Part shown: piece after piece, positions 17,112-28,524 of the stretch
How positions within the stretch are numbered: position 1 is the stretch's first letter
Layout: each line of letters starts with the position of its first letter
DNA from: Elusimicrobiota bacterium
GTDB taxonomy: Bacteria > Elusimicrobiota > Elusimicrobia > UBA1565
Direction of reading: 5' to 3'
Assembly (NCBI GenBank): GCA_043827405.1
Contig: JBDRPD010000052.1
Location: 1-55,353, forward strand
Length of the DNA: 55,353 nucleotides
Translations under genes and position numbers: made by a program
Notes under the pieces: generated by a model
Told to the model about the DNA's origin: nothing
What the model saw: only the letters and a program-made list of their open reading frames with translations
Databases searched by the model: none

Positions 17112-18256
17112 AGTACTGGATTTATATGAACGGCGAGATTCCCGGCAGCTACGAGCCGGAGGAGCTGGTCGCTCTTCCGGGGTTCCAGGAAACCGCCATG
17201 GTCTGCCCCGCCGCGGGGGGGGTGGAAGACCGGAGCTGGCGCCGCGCCGGCCAGTTCCCGGACATCATCGAGGCCTCCGAGCACCAACGCGCCTCCCGCC
17301 CGCCCGCGATCTTTGACCCGCGGCCTGAGCCCGGTCCGGCACAGGGCCCCGACGACATGCTCAACGACGCCAGCTCCAAGATCTTCGGACATGTGACCGA
17401 TCTCATGAAGGAGCTTGAGAACCGGCGCGAGGAGCGGGCGCTTTGCCAGTCGCTTCAGCGCCAGCTCATCGAGGCGAAAAACGAGCTGCAGGCCCTGCGT
17501 GAACGCGGCCAGTACCTGCAGGAACGGGTGGACCTGCTGCCCGGATTCCAGAAACGGGAAAACAAGCTCGAAGAGAAGATCCATCAGCTGGAGGCGGATG
17601 CGCGGGAGCATGAAGACGCTTTCTCCCAGCTGGACGCCAAGGCCAAGGAGCTGGCGAGCGAGCTCAATAAGACGAAGAAAAGCGAGCGGGACCTGTCCAC
17701 CGATCTCGTCCGCCAAAGCAGGCTCAGCGATGAGCTCAACGCGAAACTGGCGGAAAAGGAGCTGCAGCTGGCGCGCGCGTTCGGCATCATATCCAAGCTG
17801 GAGTCCATGCTGGGCGACATCCTGCCCGGCGCGACAGCCGGCATGCAGCAGCGTCCGGCGGCGGAGCGGGGAGACGACGTCGAGCCCACGGAGCAGGCGG
17901 CCCCGATGCCCGCGCAGGAAGCTATTATTGAGGAAGTCCAGCCTGCGGAGTCGGCGCAGGAAGCTCCCGCGCCCGAACCGCCTCTTCCCGCCGCTGTCCC
18001 TCAGCAGGAGAGCAATGGCGGCTTCACCACCGATGCCGAAATGTCCGATCTCAAGCCGGACTGGCCGGAAGAAGGAGAGGTAAAGACCGTACCGCCTCCA
18101 TGGAAAGAGCGTTTGAAGCGAGTCGCCGGCAGCATAAAAGAACGCATTTCCAAGATGTCAAAGCACACCGATTCCGCCCCGCCCCCGCCGCCCGCCCCGT
18201 CGGCAGAGACGCCTGCCGCGGAGCCTGAAACGCCCTCCGATACGACCGGCCAGTAA
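17108..18256 (+). CDS. GYF_2-like N-terminal domain + coiled coil + Pro-rich tail
   Basis: MKYWIYMNGEIPGSYEPEELVALPGFQETAMVCPA...WRRAGQFPDI resembles GYF_2/DUF4339; ATGA overlap with the upstream gene. Confidence 0.7.
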   Translation: MKYWIYMNGEIPGSYEPEELVALPGFQETAMVCPAAGGVEDRSWRRAGQFPDIIEASEHQRASRPPAIFDPRPEPGPAQGPDDMLNDASSKIFGHVTDLMKELENRREERALCQSLQRQLIEAKNELQALRERGQYLQERVDLLPGFQKRENKLEEKIHQLEADAREHEDAFSQLDAKAKELASELNKTKKSERDLSTDLVRQSRLSDELNAKLAEKELQLARAFGIISKLESMLGDILPGATAGMQQRPAAERGDDVEPTEQAAPMPAQEAIIEEVQPAESAQEAPAPEPPLPAAVPQQESNGGFTTDAEMSDLKPDWPEEGEVKTVPPPWKERLKRVAGSIKERISKMSKHTDSAPPPPPAPSAETPAAEPETPSDTTGQ

Positions 18257-18267
18257 GGCCTTTATAG

Positions 18268-18294
18268 TTAGCACTCTCATTAAGCGATTGACAA
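18268..18294 (+). promoter_or_regulatory. CIRCE (HrcA operator) copy 1, overlapping the -35 box
   Basis: TTAGCACTC-N9-GATTGACAA versus consensus TTAGCACTC-N9-GAGTGCTAA. Confidence 0.75.
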
Positions 18295-18316
18295 TTATGC
18301 GCTTCATTCGTATAAT
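18288..18316 (+). promoter_or_regulatory. Consensus sigma70 promoter of groESL
   Basis: TTGACA (18288-18293), 17 bp spacer, TATAAT (18311-18316). Confidence 0.92.
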
Positions 18317-18342
18317 TAGCAATCAGATCATCTGATTGCTAG
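18316..18342 (+). promoter_or_regulatory. CIRCE (HrcA operator) copy 2, over the transcription start region
   Basis: TTAGCAATC-N9-GATTGCTAG, part of the palindrome TAGCAATCAGAT-C-ATCTGATTGCTA. Confidence 0.85.
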
Positions 18343-18381
18343 CATAGGCTCCAAGGAGCCCTCAATCTGGAGGAACAAAGA

Positions 18382-18693
18382 ATGGCAGAAGCAACTCTCA
18401 CCAAGGTCAAATTACAGCCCCTGGGCGACCGGGTCCTCGTACAGGCACTCGAACAGAAGGAAGTGAAAAAGGGAGGCATCATTATCCCTGACACAGCGAA
18501 GGAGAAGCCCCAGGAGGGCAAGATCATCGCGGCCGGAAAAGGCAAGACCACCGAAGACGGGAAGGTCCTGCCCATGGACGTAAAAGTCGGCGACAAGGTT
18601 CTTTACGGAAAGTATTCCGGCACCGAGATCAAGATCAACGACGAAGAATACCTCATCATGCACCAGGAAGACATCCTGGGCATCCTGAAGTAA
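18382..18693 (+). CDS. groES: Co-chaperonin GroES
   Basis: [42 protein letters not shown]. Confidence 0.98.
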   Translation: MAEATLTKVKLQPLGDRVLVQALEQKEVKKGGIIIPDTAKEKPQEGKIIAAGKGKTTEDGKVLPMDVKVGDKVLYGKYSGTEIKINDEEYLIMHQEDILGILK

Positions 18694-18702
18694 CTCATCT
18701 AG

Positions 18703-20361
<1,659 letters not shown>

Positions 20362-20384
20362 GCCAAATCCATAAAGCGACGGCG

Positions 20385-20418
20385 AGAGCCCCTGGGGAAA
20401 CCCAGGGGCTCTTTCTTT
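20385..20418 (+). terminator. Rho-independent terminator after groEL
   Basis: AGAGCCCCTGGG-GAAA-CCCAGGGGCTCT followed by TTCTTT. Confidence 0.9.
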
Positions 20419-20536
20419 AGGGGCAGGCCAAAAGCCTCTTGCGTCCGGAGCCCGGAATGTGATAGGGCGGGGGCTATGCAAGCGGGGGGGTTTGTGCTAT
20501 AATGGTGACCGTTGGGGAAACAGCGAATCTCCAATC

Positions 20537-21223
<687 letters not shown>

Positions 21224-21266
21224 GGGATTTACCGCAAACATACACAGAAACTAACGGAGGGATTGA

Positions 21267-21530
21267 ATGATCGTCAAAGTTCGAATCATCCCCAACGCAC
21301 CCGACAACGAAGTAGTCAGCCGCATCGGGAGCGTATTGCGCGTGAAGGTAACCTCTAACGAGGTCAACGACAAAGCCAATACTTCCCTCAAGAGCTACCT
21401 GGCAGAGTTCTTTGAGGTAAAAAACAAATCCATCAATATTATACGCGGCGCCAAAGGCCGTGAGAAAACGGTGGAAATCACGGGCAAGACCGAAGAGAAC
21501 CTCAAACGGGTTATGGAGGCGATTCCGTAA
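21267..21530 (+). CDS. yggU: DUF167/YggU family protein
   Basis: VKVRIIPNA...LRVKVT...KAN...IIRGAKGREKTV; follows yggS; GGAGG RBS. Confidence 0.85.
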   Translation: MIVKVRIIPNAPDNEVVSRIGSVLRVKVTSNEVNDKANTSLKSYLAEFFEVKNKSINIIRGAKGREKTVEITGKTEENLKRVMEAIP

Positions 21531-21546
21531 ATCCGTCCATCTGAGG

Positions 21547-21584
21547 AGCCCCGGTGGGCGATTGCCCCCCGGGGCTTTTTCTTT
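21547..21584 (+). terminator. Rho-independent terminator after yggU
   Basis: AGCCCCGG-T-GGGC/GATT/GCCC-C-CCGGGGCT stem-loop followed by a T-run. Confidence 0.8.
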
Positions 21585-21601
21585 GTTATACTAGGCCGAC
21601 G

Positions 21602-23068
21602 ATGAAAATGGATAACACCGGCCACAAAAACACGCTTCCCCTGCCGGACCCCACATTCGGACTGACGCTGCGGCTGCGACTCTCCAACCGCACCCGCATA
21701 TTGGCGCGCATCATCGCGACGATCAAGAAAGCCGGCGGCTCGGTGAGCGCCATCGATCTGGTCAGCGCTTCCGAGACCACGATCACGCGCGACTTCCTGG
21801 TCCATCCGATGAGCGAAGCGCAGGGACAACGGCTGCTCAAGGAACTCACAGGCATGAGCGGCGTAGAGGTCCTCAACATCTCGGATCAGACCCTGCTGAC
21901 GCACCTCGGCGGCAAACTCGAGATCATATCCAAGCAGCCGATCCGAACGGCGGCCGACCTGGCGATACTGTACACCCCCGGCGTCAACCGTGTCTGCCGG
22001 ACCGTTGCCGAACACCCCGAGAAGATCTGGGGCCTGACGTCGAAAAGGAATCTCGTCGCGGTCGTCAGCGACGGCTCAGCGGTGCTCGGCCTCGGCAATA
22101 TCGGCCCGGCGGGAGCCCTGCCCGCGCTGGAGGCGAATTCCCAGATATTCAAGATCTTCGGCGGAGTGGACGCCTTTCCGCTCTGCCTCACCACGCAGGA
22201 CGCCGGCGAGATCATCGAGACCCTAGTGCGCATCGCGCCCAGTTTCGGCGGCATCAGCCTGGTCGGACTGTCCAGCCCGCGCTGCTTCGAGATAACCGAA
22301 AAGCTGCAGGCGCTGCTGGAGATGCCGGTCTACCATGACGACCAGCACGGCACCTCCGTCGTGGTCCTGGCGGCGCTCATAAACGCCTGCCGGGTAACCG
22401 GACGCAAGCTGAAGGAATGCAGCGTCGTGCTTTCCGGCGTCGGCGCCTCCGGCGTCGGCGTAGCCAAGCTCCTGCTGCATATGGGCGTCAATCAGTTGAT
22501 CGGATGCGACACGGCGGGCGCCATCTACAAGGGCCGGCGCGAAAACATGAACTCCATTAAGGAGTGGTTCGCCGAACACACCAATCCGAAAAACATCAAA
22601 GGAACAGTCGATAAGGCCCTGCGCAAAGCCGATGTATTCATCGGCCTCTCCGGCCCGGGCACGGTCAAGCCCGCCCATATCAAAGCGATGGCGAATGATT
22701 CGATCGTCTTTTCACTGGCCAGCCCCAAGCCCGAGGTCGATCCCGAGAAGATCCAGTTCGCCGGCGTCATCGCGACCGGGCGGACGGACTACGCCAACTA
22801 CGTCAACAACGCGCTGGCTTTCCCCGGCATAATGCGGGGCTGCCTGGACGTGCGGGCGAGCGCGGTCAACATCGACATGCTCGCTTCCGCGGCCGGGGCG
22901 CTGGCGGATGTCATCCCCCAGAAAAAGCTGCAGCGCGGCTATATCATCCCGTCCCTCTTCAATACCGACGTCGCGCGCAATGTCGCCGCGGCGGTTTGGG
23001 AGTCGGCGCGGAAAACACGGGTCGCCCGCCGCAGCGCCAGCAGCGACTACCATGACGGCCATTTCTAG
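21602..23068 (+). CDS. ACT-domain malic enzyme homolog with a degenerate active site
   Basis: N-terminal ACT-like domain; YTPGV, DGSAVLGLGNIG, HDDQHGT and NNALAFPG retained; EGK reads EAN and NLED reads SLVG. Confidence 0.85.
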   Translation: MKMDNTGHKNTLPLPDPTFGLTLRLRLSNRTRILARIIATIKKAGGSVSAIDLVSASETTITRDFLVHPMSEAQGQRLLKELTGMSGVEVLNISDQTLLTHLGGKLEIISKQPIRTAADLAILYTPGVNRVCRTVAEHPEKIWGLTSKRNLVAVVSDGSAVLGLGNIGPAGALPALEANSQIFKIFGGVDAFPLCLTTQDAGEIIETLVRIAPSFGGISLVGLSSPRCFEITEKLQALLEMPVYHDDQHGTSVVVLAALINACRVTGRKLKECSVVLSGVGASGVGVAKLLLHMGVNQLIGCDTAGAIYKGRRENMNSIKEWFAEHTNPKNIKGTVDKALRKADVFIGLSGPGTVKPAHIKAMANDSIVFSLASPKPEVDPEKIQFAGVIATGRTDYANYVNNALAFPGIMRGCLDVRASAVNIDMLASAAGALADVIPQKKLQRGYIIPSLFNTDVARNVAAAVWESARKTRVARRSASSDYHDGHF

Positions 23069-23118
23069 CCGCGGCTGACATTCCGCGCTGAGGCGGCTTA
23101 TTCCAAGAGAGGCAGACC

Positions 23119-24195
23119 ATGAGTTCACGAGCCCGATCCATCCCCTCCCGGATGCGCGACAAGTACCGTCCGATCTACCGCGCCGGCGGCACCATTATGG
23201 TGCTCGATCAGGTCGTGCTGCCGCACCGCGTCGTCTACCAGCGCATCCGCACTCCCAAAGCCATGGCGACCGCCACCCGCGACCTCGTCCTGCGCGGCGC
23301 CCCGCTGATCGGCTGCGCCGCCGCTTACGGCTATGCCTTGGGGGCAGCAGACGCCAAGCGCGCGACCCCCGGTGTATGGCGGCGCCTGCGGGAGGCGGAG
23401 AAGGTTTTATTGGCCGCGCGGCCGACCGCCGTCAACCTCAAGCACGCCGTGCAGCGCATGCGTCGCAAGGCCGAGGCGCTGGCGGCCGCGGGCACCTCAC
23501 GCCTCGGCTTCGAGCTCATGGCCGAAGCGGATACGGTAACGCGCGAGGACATCGAAACGAACTGGCGGATGGCGCAGGTCGGAGCGCCGCTCCTGCCGCG
23601 CGACGGGAAGATCATGACGATCTGCAACGCCGGCGCTTTGGCCACGGCCGGTATAGGGACCGCCGTCGGCGTCATCCACTGGGCGCACCGGTCCCGGGGA
23701 CTGCGCCACGTCTACGCCTGTGAGACGCGGCCGTTCCTGCAGGGAGCGCGGCTGACCATGTGGGAGCTGCTGCAATACCGCATCCCCTCATCGCTGATCA
23801 CCGACAATATGGCCGCGCATATCATGAAGACGGAAGGCATCAACGCGGTTGTCGCCGGTGCCGACCGCGTCGCCGGCAACGGCGACGCCGCCAACAAGAT
23901 TGGGACCTACGGCCTGGCGATCCTCGCCCGGGAGCACGGGATTCCATTCTACATCGTGGCGCCCTCGACGACGGTCGACCTGGCCATCCCCAGCGGCGAA
24001 CATATCCCGATCGAGGAACGCTCATCCGACGAGGTAACGGTGATTGCGGGGAAATCCTTCGCTCCCAAGGGGACCAAGGCACGCTATCCCGCCTTCGACG
24101 TCACTCCCCGCCGCTACATCACGGCTCTGGTCACGGAAAAAGGCGTGGTCAAACCGCCGGGAACCCGGCTGCTGCGGTCGGTATTGGCGAGCTAG
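23119..24195 (+). CDS. mtnA: Methylthioribose-1-phosphate isomerase
   Basis: RGAPLIG, RPTAVNL, CNAGALAT, ETRPFLQGARLT, GADR...NGDAANKIGTY. Start may be ATG 23152. Confidence 0.92.
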   Translation: MSSRARSIPSRMRDKYRPIYRAGGTIMVLDQVVLPHRVVYQRIRTPKAMATATRDLVLRGAPLIGCAAAYGYALGAADAKRATPGVWRRLREAEKVLLAARPTAVNLKHAVQRMRRKAEALAAAGTSRLGFELMAEADTVTREDIETNWRMAQVGAPLLPRDGKIMTICNAGALATAGIGTAVGVIHWAHRSRGLRHVYACETRPFLQGARLTMWELLQYRIPSSLITDNMAAHIMKTEGINAVVAGADRVAGNGDAANKIGTYGLAILAREHGIPFYIVAPSTTVDLAIPSGEHIPIEERSSDEVTVIAGKSFAPKGTKARYPAFDVTPRRYITALVTEKGVVKPPGTRLLRSVLAS

Positions 24196-25499
24196 ATCGC
24201 GCCCTTAAGCCGGTCCAAGCCGACCTCGATGGTCTCGGCGACCGAGGAGTTGAAGACCTTGGCATCCAGCTGCCCCTCGCTCCTAGCCACGATGCAGGTC
24301 ACCGCGGCGTCACCCGTGGTATTGACGGCGGTGCGGACCATGTCGAGAAGGCGGTCCACGCCGATGATCAGGCCGATCCCTTCGACCGGCAGGCCGACCT
24401 GCTTAAGCACCATCGCCAGCATGATCAGCCCGACCCCCGGGACCCCGGCGGTGCCGATAGACGCCAGGGTCGCGGTGAGGATGACCATGAGGTAGTCGTT
24501 GAGGGCCAGCGGGATGCCGTAAGCCTGGGCGATAAAGACGGTCGCTACCCCCTGCATGATGGCCGTGCCGTCCATATTGATCGTCGCCCCCAGCGGGATA
24601 GTGAAGGAAGCGATTGATTTGTGCACTCCCAAACGCCGCTCGACGGTTTCCAGCGTTACGGGGAGCGTCGCGTTGCTGCTCGCCGTACTGAAGGCGAATA
24701 TGATCGGCGGCTTCATCTTCTTGAAGAAGGTGACGGGGCTGAGCCCGGAAAACAGTTTTAGGAGCAGCGGATAGACGCCCAGCGCGTGCACCGACAGCAC
24801 CAGCATGACGACGCCGAAGTACTTGGCGAGGGGCACGATCGCCGCGAAACCCTGCTCGGCGAATACCTTGGCGATCAGGCAAAACACGCCGTAAGGCGCG
24901 GTCGACATAATGAGCATGACGAGCTTCATGATGATCTCGTTGAGATCCTTGAAGGTCCTGGCGACGCGCGCGCCCGCGTCCCCGGCCAGACACAGGGAGA
25001 GACCGAACAGAATCGAGAAAACGATGATCTGCAGCATATTGCCTTCGGCCATAGCCTTGATCGGGTTGGTCGGGAAGATGGCGATAAAGGTCTCGCTCAG
25101 GGGCGGCGGCTGGCCGGGAACGAACTGGGCGGAAGTCGTCAGCTCGAAGCCCTGCCCGGGCCCCACCAGCAGGGCGAAGCCGACGCCGAGCGTGATCGCC
25201 AAGGCGGTAGTGAACAGATACAGCCCCAAGGTCTTGCCGCCGACCCGCCCGAGCTTGGCGATATCATCGAGGGAGGCGGTCCCGCAGACCAGCGAGACGA
25301 ACACCAGGGGCACGACCAGCAGTTTGAGCGCGGCGAGGAATATCCTGCCGCCGACGTGGAACAGGCCCCCGACCAGAAATCGCTGGATCAGGGCGGGCGG
25401 GCCGGCGAGGTTGAGCACGGTGCCGAGCGCGAGGCCGACCGCCATTGCGATCATGATCTTCGTGGTCAAGCTCGCCGGCTGCTTGTTCTTTCCCGCCAT
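24192..25499 (-). CDS. Dicarboxylate/amino acid:cation symporter (DAACS)
   Basis: FSTASSNATLP, PLGATINMDG, GVDRLLDMVRT; start placed at ATG 25499 after GGAGG. Confidence 0.93.
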   Translation of the reverse strand: MAGKNKQPASLTTKIMIAMAVGLALGTVLNLAGPPALIQRFLVGGLFHVGGRIFLAALKLLVVPLVFVSLVCGTASLDDIAKLGRVGGKTLGLYLFTTALAITLGVGFALLVGPGQGFELTTSAQFVPGQPPPLSETFIAIFPTNPIKAMAEGNMLQIIVFSILFGLSLCLAGDAGARVARTFKDLNEIIMKLVMLIMSTAPYGVFCLIAKVFAEQGFAAIVPLAKYFGVVMLVLSVHALGVYPLLLKLFSGLSPVTFFKKMKPPIIFAFSTASSNATLPVTLETVERRLGVHKSIASFTIPLGATINMDGTAIMQGVATVFIAQAYGIPLALNDYLMVILTATLASIGTAGVPGVGLIMLAMVLKQVGLPVEGIGLIIGVDRLLDMVRTAVNTTGDAAVTCIVARSEGQLDAKVFNSSVAETIEVGLDRLKGAI

Positions 25500-25575
25500 G
25501 CTGCCTCCAAAATTTGAATCGGTATTCAACCATTTCCAAGAGCACGTTTGAACCTGAAATTTGTATCATCGCACC

Positions 25576-25929
25576 ATGGATATACCCTATGGTGTGTTCT
25601 TTGTGACCGCTCCCAACAAGGAGACTGCGGAGAAGCTCAGCCGCGGCCTGGTGGAAGCCAAGCTCGCGGCCTGCGTCAATATCCTGCCCAACGTGACTTC
25701 GACTTACCGTTGGGAAGATAAGATTGAAACGGCGGAGGAGTTTTTCCTCATTATTAAGTCGAAGCTGGGCTTGGCGCCCGAGATCTCGGCGTTCGTCAAA
25801 CAGAACCATCCGCACAAGGTTCCCGAGATCATCTGCCTGCCCATCGTCAACGGCAGCCCGCAGTATCTGAACTGGGTCGGCGCGAACACGGTTATCGCAA
25901 AGGATATTCTGTCGCTGGTAACGGGGTGA
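25576..25929 (+). CDS. cutA: Divalent-cation tolerance protein CutA
   Basis: LVEAKLAACVNI, STYRWEDKIE, HPHKVPEII. Confidence 0.9.
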   Translation: MDIPYGVFFVTAPNKETAEKLSRGLVEAKLAACVNILPNVTSTYRWEDKIETAEEFFLIIKSKLGLAPEISAFVKQNHPHKVPEIICLPIVNGSPQYLNWVGANTVIAKDILSLVTG

Positions 25930-26675
25930 CGCTCCCGGACGCCCGCGGTGGGCCGGAGACGATGACGGCCGTCACCGTGAGCAAGATCGTCGACGAGGGC
26001 GCCGGCGCGAAGACGTTTCGCTTGGCGCTGCCCGAAGGGACGACGCTGCCGTTCCAGCCGGGGCAGTTCGTCCTCGCCGGGCTCCCGGACGCCCCCGAAA
26101 CACACCGCCCGTACTCCATCGCTTCCTCGCCGCTGGAACCGGACTTCATCGAGATCACGGTCGGCCGCCTCGGAGAGGCCGAAGAGCGCCTGTTCGGCCT
26201 CAAGGGCGGCGAGACGCTGCTGATCAGCGGCGCCCTAGGCGCCTGGCAGTTCCGCGACGAACACCGCAACGCCGTGCTGCTGTCGACCGGCGTCGGCATC
26301 GCGCCCCTGCGCTCGATCATCCGCTACGTCCTGGATAAAGGCCTGCCGAACCGGCTGTCGCTGTTTTACGCCGAACGCCGGCCGGCCGACATCCTCTACC
26401 AGGAAGAGCTGAAGGATTTCGCGCGGCATGGAGTATTCGTGCACGCCACGCTGACCGAGACGGAGGGGCTGCCCGAAAATGAGCTGTGGGACGGTCCTAA
26501 AGGTCCCGTCACCATCAAGGATATCCGCAAGAACGTAAAGGACTTTAAAACCGCGGCCTACTACCTCTGCGGACCCAACGCCTTCGTCGAGGCGCTGCAC
26601 GCCGAGCTCGCCGACGCGGGGATACCGCCGGCATCCATCCTGGCGGCGAAATGGGGTAATTTTTCGTGCGCCTGA
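25926..26675 (+). CDS. FAD/NAD(P)-binding oxidoreductase (ferredoxin reductase-like)
   Basis: FQPGQF, RPYSIASSP, TGVGIAP, YLCGP. Confidence 0.88.
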   Translation: MTLPDARGGPETMTAVTVSKIVDEGAGAKTFRLALPEGTTLPFQPGQFVLAGLPDAPETHRPYSIASSPLEPDFIEITVGRLGEAEERLFGLKGGETLLISGALGAWQFRDEHRNAVLLSTGVGIAPLRSIIRYVLDKGLPNRLSLFYAERRPADILYQEELKDFARHGVFVHATLTETEGLPENELWDGPKGPVTIKDIRKNVKDFKTAAYYLCGPNAFVEALHAELADAGIPPASILAAKWGNFSCA

Positions 26676-27238
26676 TTCTGGCGTCCGCGTCGCCGCAGCG
26701 GCACCGGCTGCTGCGCCGGCTGCGCCGTCCGTTTTTGATCATCCCGGCCGAGGTATCGGAAAGATGCGCGGAACACGCACCCCGCCGCCTCGTCGTTAAG
26801 CTCGCCCTGCGCAAAGCGCGCGCCGTCGCGCGCGAGCATCCCGACGCCCTGGTTCTCGGTGCGGACACGGTCGTCGCGCACCGCGGCGCGGTCATCGTCA
26901 AGCCCCGCAGCCGCGCCGACAGCTCCCGCATCCTCAACACGCTCAACGGCAAGGTGCACCGCGTCTACACCGGAGTCGCCTTGGTCGACGGCGCCAGCGG
27001 AAAATCCTGGACCGCGGCCGCGGTCAGCAAGGTCAAGGCACGCCGGCTGCCGCCCGCCGAGCTGGAACGCTTCATCGGCAAGCATATGGACAAGGCCGGG
27101 GCCTACGCGGTACAGGACCGCCGCGACCCCTTCATTGAAAGGATCGAGGGCCCGCGCGACAACGTCATCGGCCTGCCGCTGGAGTGCGTCCGCCAGCTTC
27201 TCCGCCGGGCCGCCACACAAACCCGGCCCGGGCGATGA
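26666..27238 (+). CDS. maf: Maf family nucleotide pyrophosphatase
   Basis: LILASASPQR, GADTVV, DKAGAY, NVIGLP. Confidence 0.92.
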   Translation: MRLILASASPQRHRLLRRLRRPFLIIPAEVSERCAEHAPRRLVVKLALRKARAVAREHPDALVLGADTVVAHRGAVIVKPRSRADSSRILNTLNGKVHRVYTGVALVDGASGKSWTAAAVSKVKARRLPPAELERFIGKHMDKAGAYAVQDRRDPFIERIEGPRDNVIGLPLECVRQLLRRAATQTRPGR

Positions 27239-28476
27239 CGCCCCCGCGGACCGCAGCGGTGCTGCGCACGACGAACCTGCTGCTCTTCCTGCTGTGCCTG
27301 CACCTGCTCAAGATGTACGGCGGACGGCTCATCGACCTCACCGTGCCGACCGGAGCTATCGCGCTTTACCTCCTGGCCGGCGCCGCGTTCTTCGGCCTGC
27401 GCTGCGCCGGGGCGAAGCTCGAAGCGGCCGCACTCGGCGGCGACATCCTGCTCATCGCCTGGACCTGCGTATGGACGCGGACCGGCGATTCCCAGCTGCC
27501 GCTCGCCTTATACCTTCCCGCCGTTATCGCGGCCCTCCGTTTGCCGCCGCGGCCGGCCGCCGCCGCCGCCGCGCTCGCCGGGGGGGGGATGATCGCGGCG
27601 CTGCATTTCGCGGCCGTCCCCGCCGCCGCCTGGGTCATGCGGCTGGCGCCGCTCGCGCTGCTGGCCGCCGCGGCCGTCATGCTGGCCGGCGCGCAGGGCG
27701 ACGGCGGCGAACCGCGCCGGACCGCGCGCGAACGGACGCGGGGGATGATCTTCAACGAGTTCATCAACCACATCCTGTTTCAGGTTCGCGAATACCTCAC
27801 CTCCATCACCACGACGTCCGAGCACCTGGCGCGCACCGCGCAGGAGCCCGAGGTCCGCAATCTCGGCGGCAAGCTGCAGCGCATGATCGTGGAGCTCAAC
27901 GGCAAGGTGGGGCGGATGCTGAGCACCGTCAAATCCTACTCGACGGGCCGCCGGCCGGTCTCAGCCGCGGAGTTCGAGCTCGAGAGCCTGCTGCGGGAGA
28001 GCCTGCGCGACGCGCGCGACGCGACGGCCGCGGCCAAAGCCAAGACGCGCCTGTGGTGCGATCCCGGCATCGGGCCGCTGGCATGGGAGCGGGACCTGCT
28101 CGACACCGTCTTTACCGCCGTCTTCACCAACGCCTGCGAAGCGATCGCCCCGCTGGACGATAAGGGCCTATTGAACGTATCGGCTCGTCTGGAGAACGAT
28201 ACCGTCCGCGTTGAAATCGTCGACAACGGCGGCGGCATCCCCGATGCGGCCCTGGATCAGGCCTTTCTGCCCCTGTTCACGACCAAGGGCAAGAAGGGGA
28301 ACCTCGGCTTGGGCTTGTCGATGAGCCGCCGCATGCTGGAACGCTCGGGAGGCACCATCAAGATCAAGCGCGAGGGAGATCGTACTCTGGTGAGCGTGAT
28401 CGTCCCCCTGCGTCCCACGCTGCCGATAATCCGCACCGCGGAATCGACGTGGTCCGGCCGGCGTCAGGGCATCTGA
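27235..28476 (+). CDS. Membrane sensor histidine kinase-like protein with an atypical H-box
   Basis: Several N-terminal TM helices; HATPase boxes TNACEA, DNGGGIP, LFTTK, GLGLSMS; H-box region reads HILFQVREYLTSI. Confidence 0.8.
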   Translation: MTPPRTAAVLRTTNLLLFLLCLHLLKMYGGRLIDLTVPTGAIALYLLAGAAFFGLRCAGAKLEAAALGGDILLIAWTCVWTRTGDSQLPLALYLPAVIAALRLPPRPAAAAAALAGGGMIAALHFAAVPAAAWVMRLAPLALLAAAAVMLAGAQGDGGEPRRTARERTRGMIFNEFINHILFQVREYLTSITTTSEHLARTAQEPEVRNLGGKLQRMIVELNGKVGRMLSTVKSYSTGRRPVSAAEFELESLLRESLRDARDATAAAKAKTRLWCDPGIGPLAWERDLLDTVFTAVFTNACEAIAPLDDKGLLNVSARLENDTVRVEIVDNGGGIPDAALDQAFLPLFTTKGKKGNLGLGLSMSRRMLERSGGTIKIKREGDRTLVSVIVPLRPTLPIIRTAESTWSGRRQGI

Positions 28477-28489
28477 CATGGATTTTCCC

Positions 28490-28518
28490 TTGCTACGCCG
28501 AAGAAACCCGGGTATGCT
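28490..28518 (+). promoter_or_regulatory. Sigma70-type promoter, near-leaderless
   Basis: TTGCTA (28490-28495), 17 bp spacer, TATGCT (28513-28518); ATG at 28525. Confidence 0.55.
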
Positions 28519-28524
28519 AAGGTC

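Noticed and set aside
17215..17222. Poly-G tracts (also near 1334 and 27580) as phase-variation sites
   Set aside because: Only about 8-9 nt, in frame in intact genes, and unremarkable at this GC content.
26492..26507. GGTCCTAAAGGTCCC resembling the palindromic upstream motif
   Set aside because: Lies inside a CDS and is explained by Gly-Pro-Lys-Gly-Pro codons.
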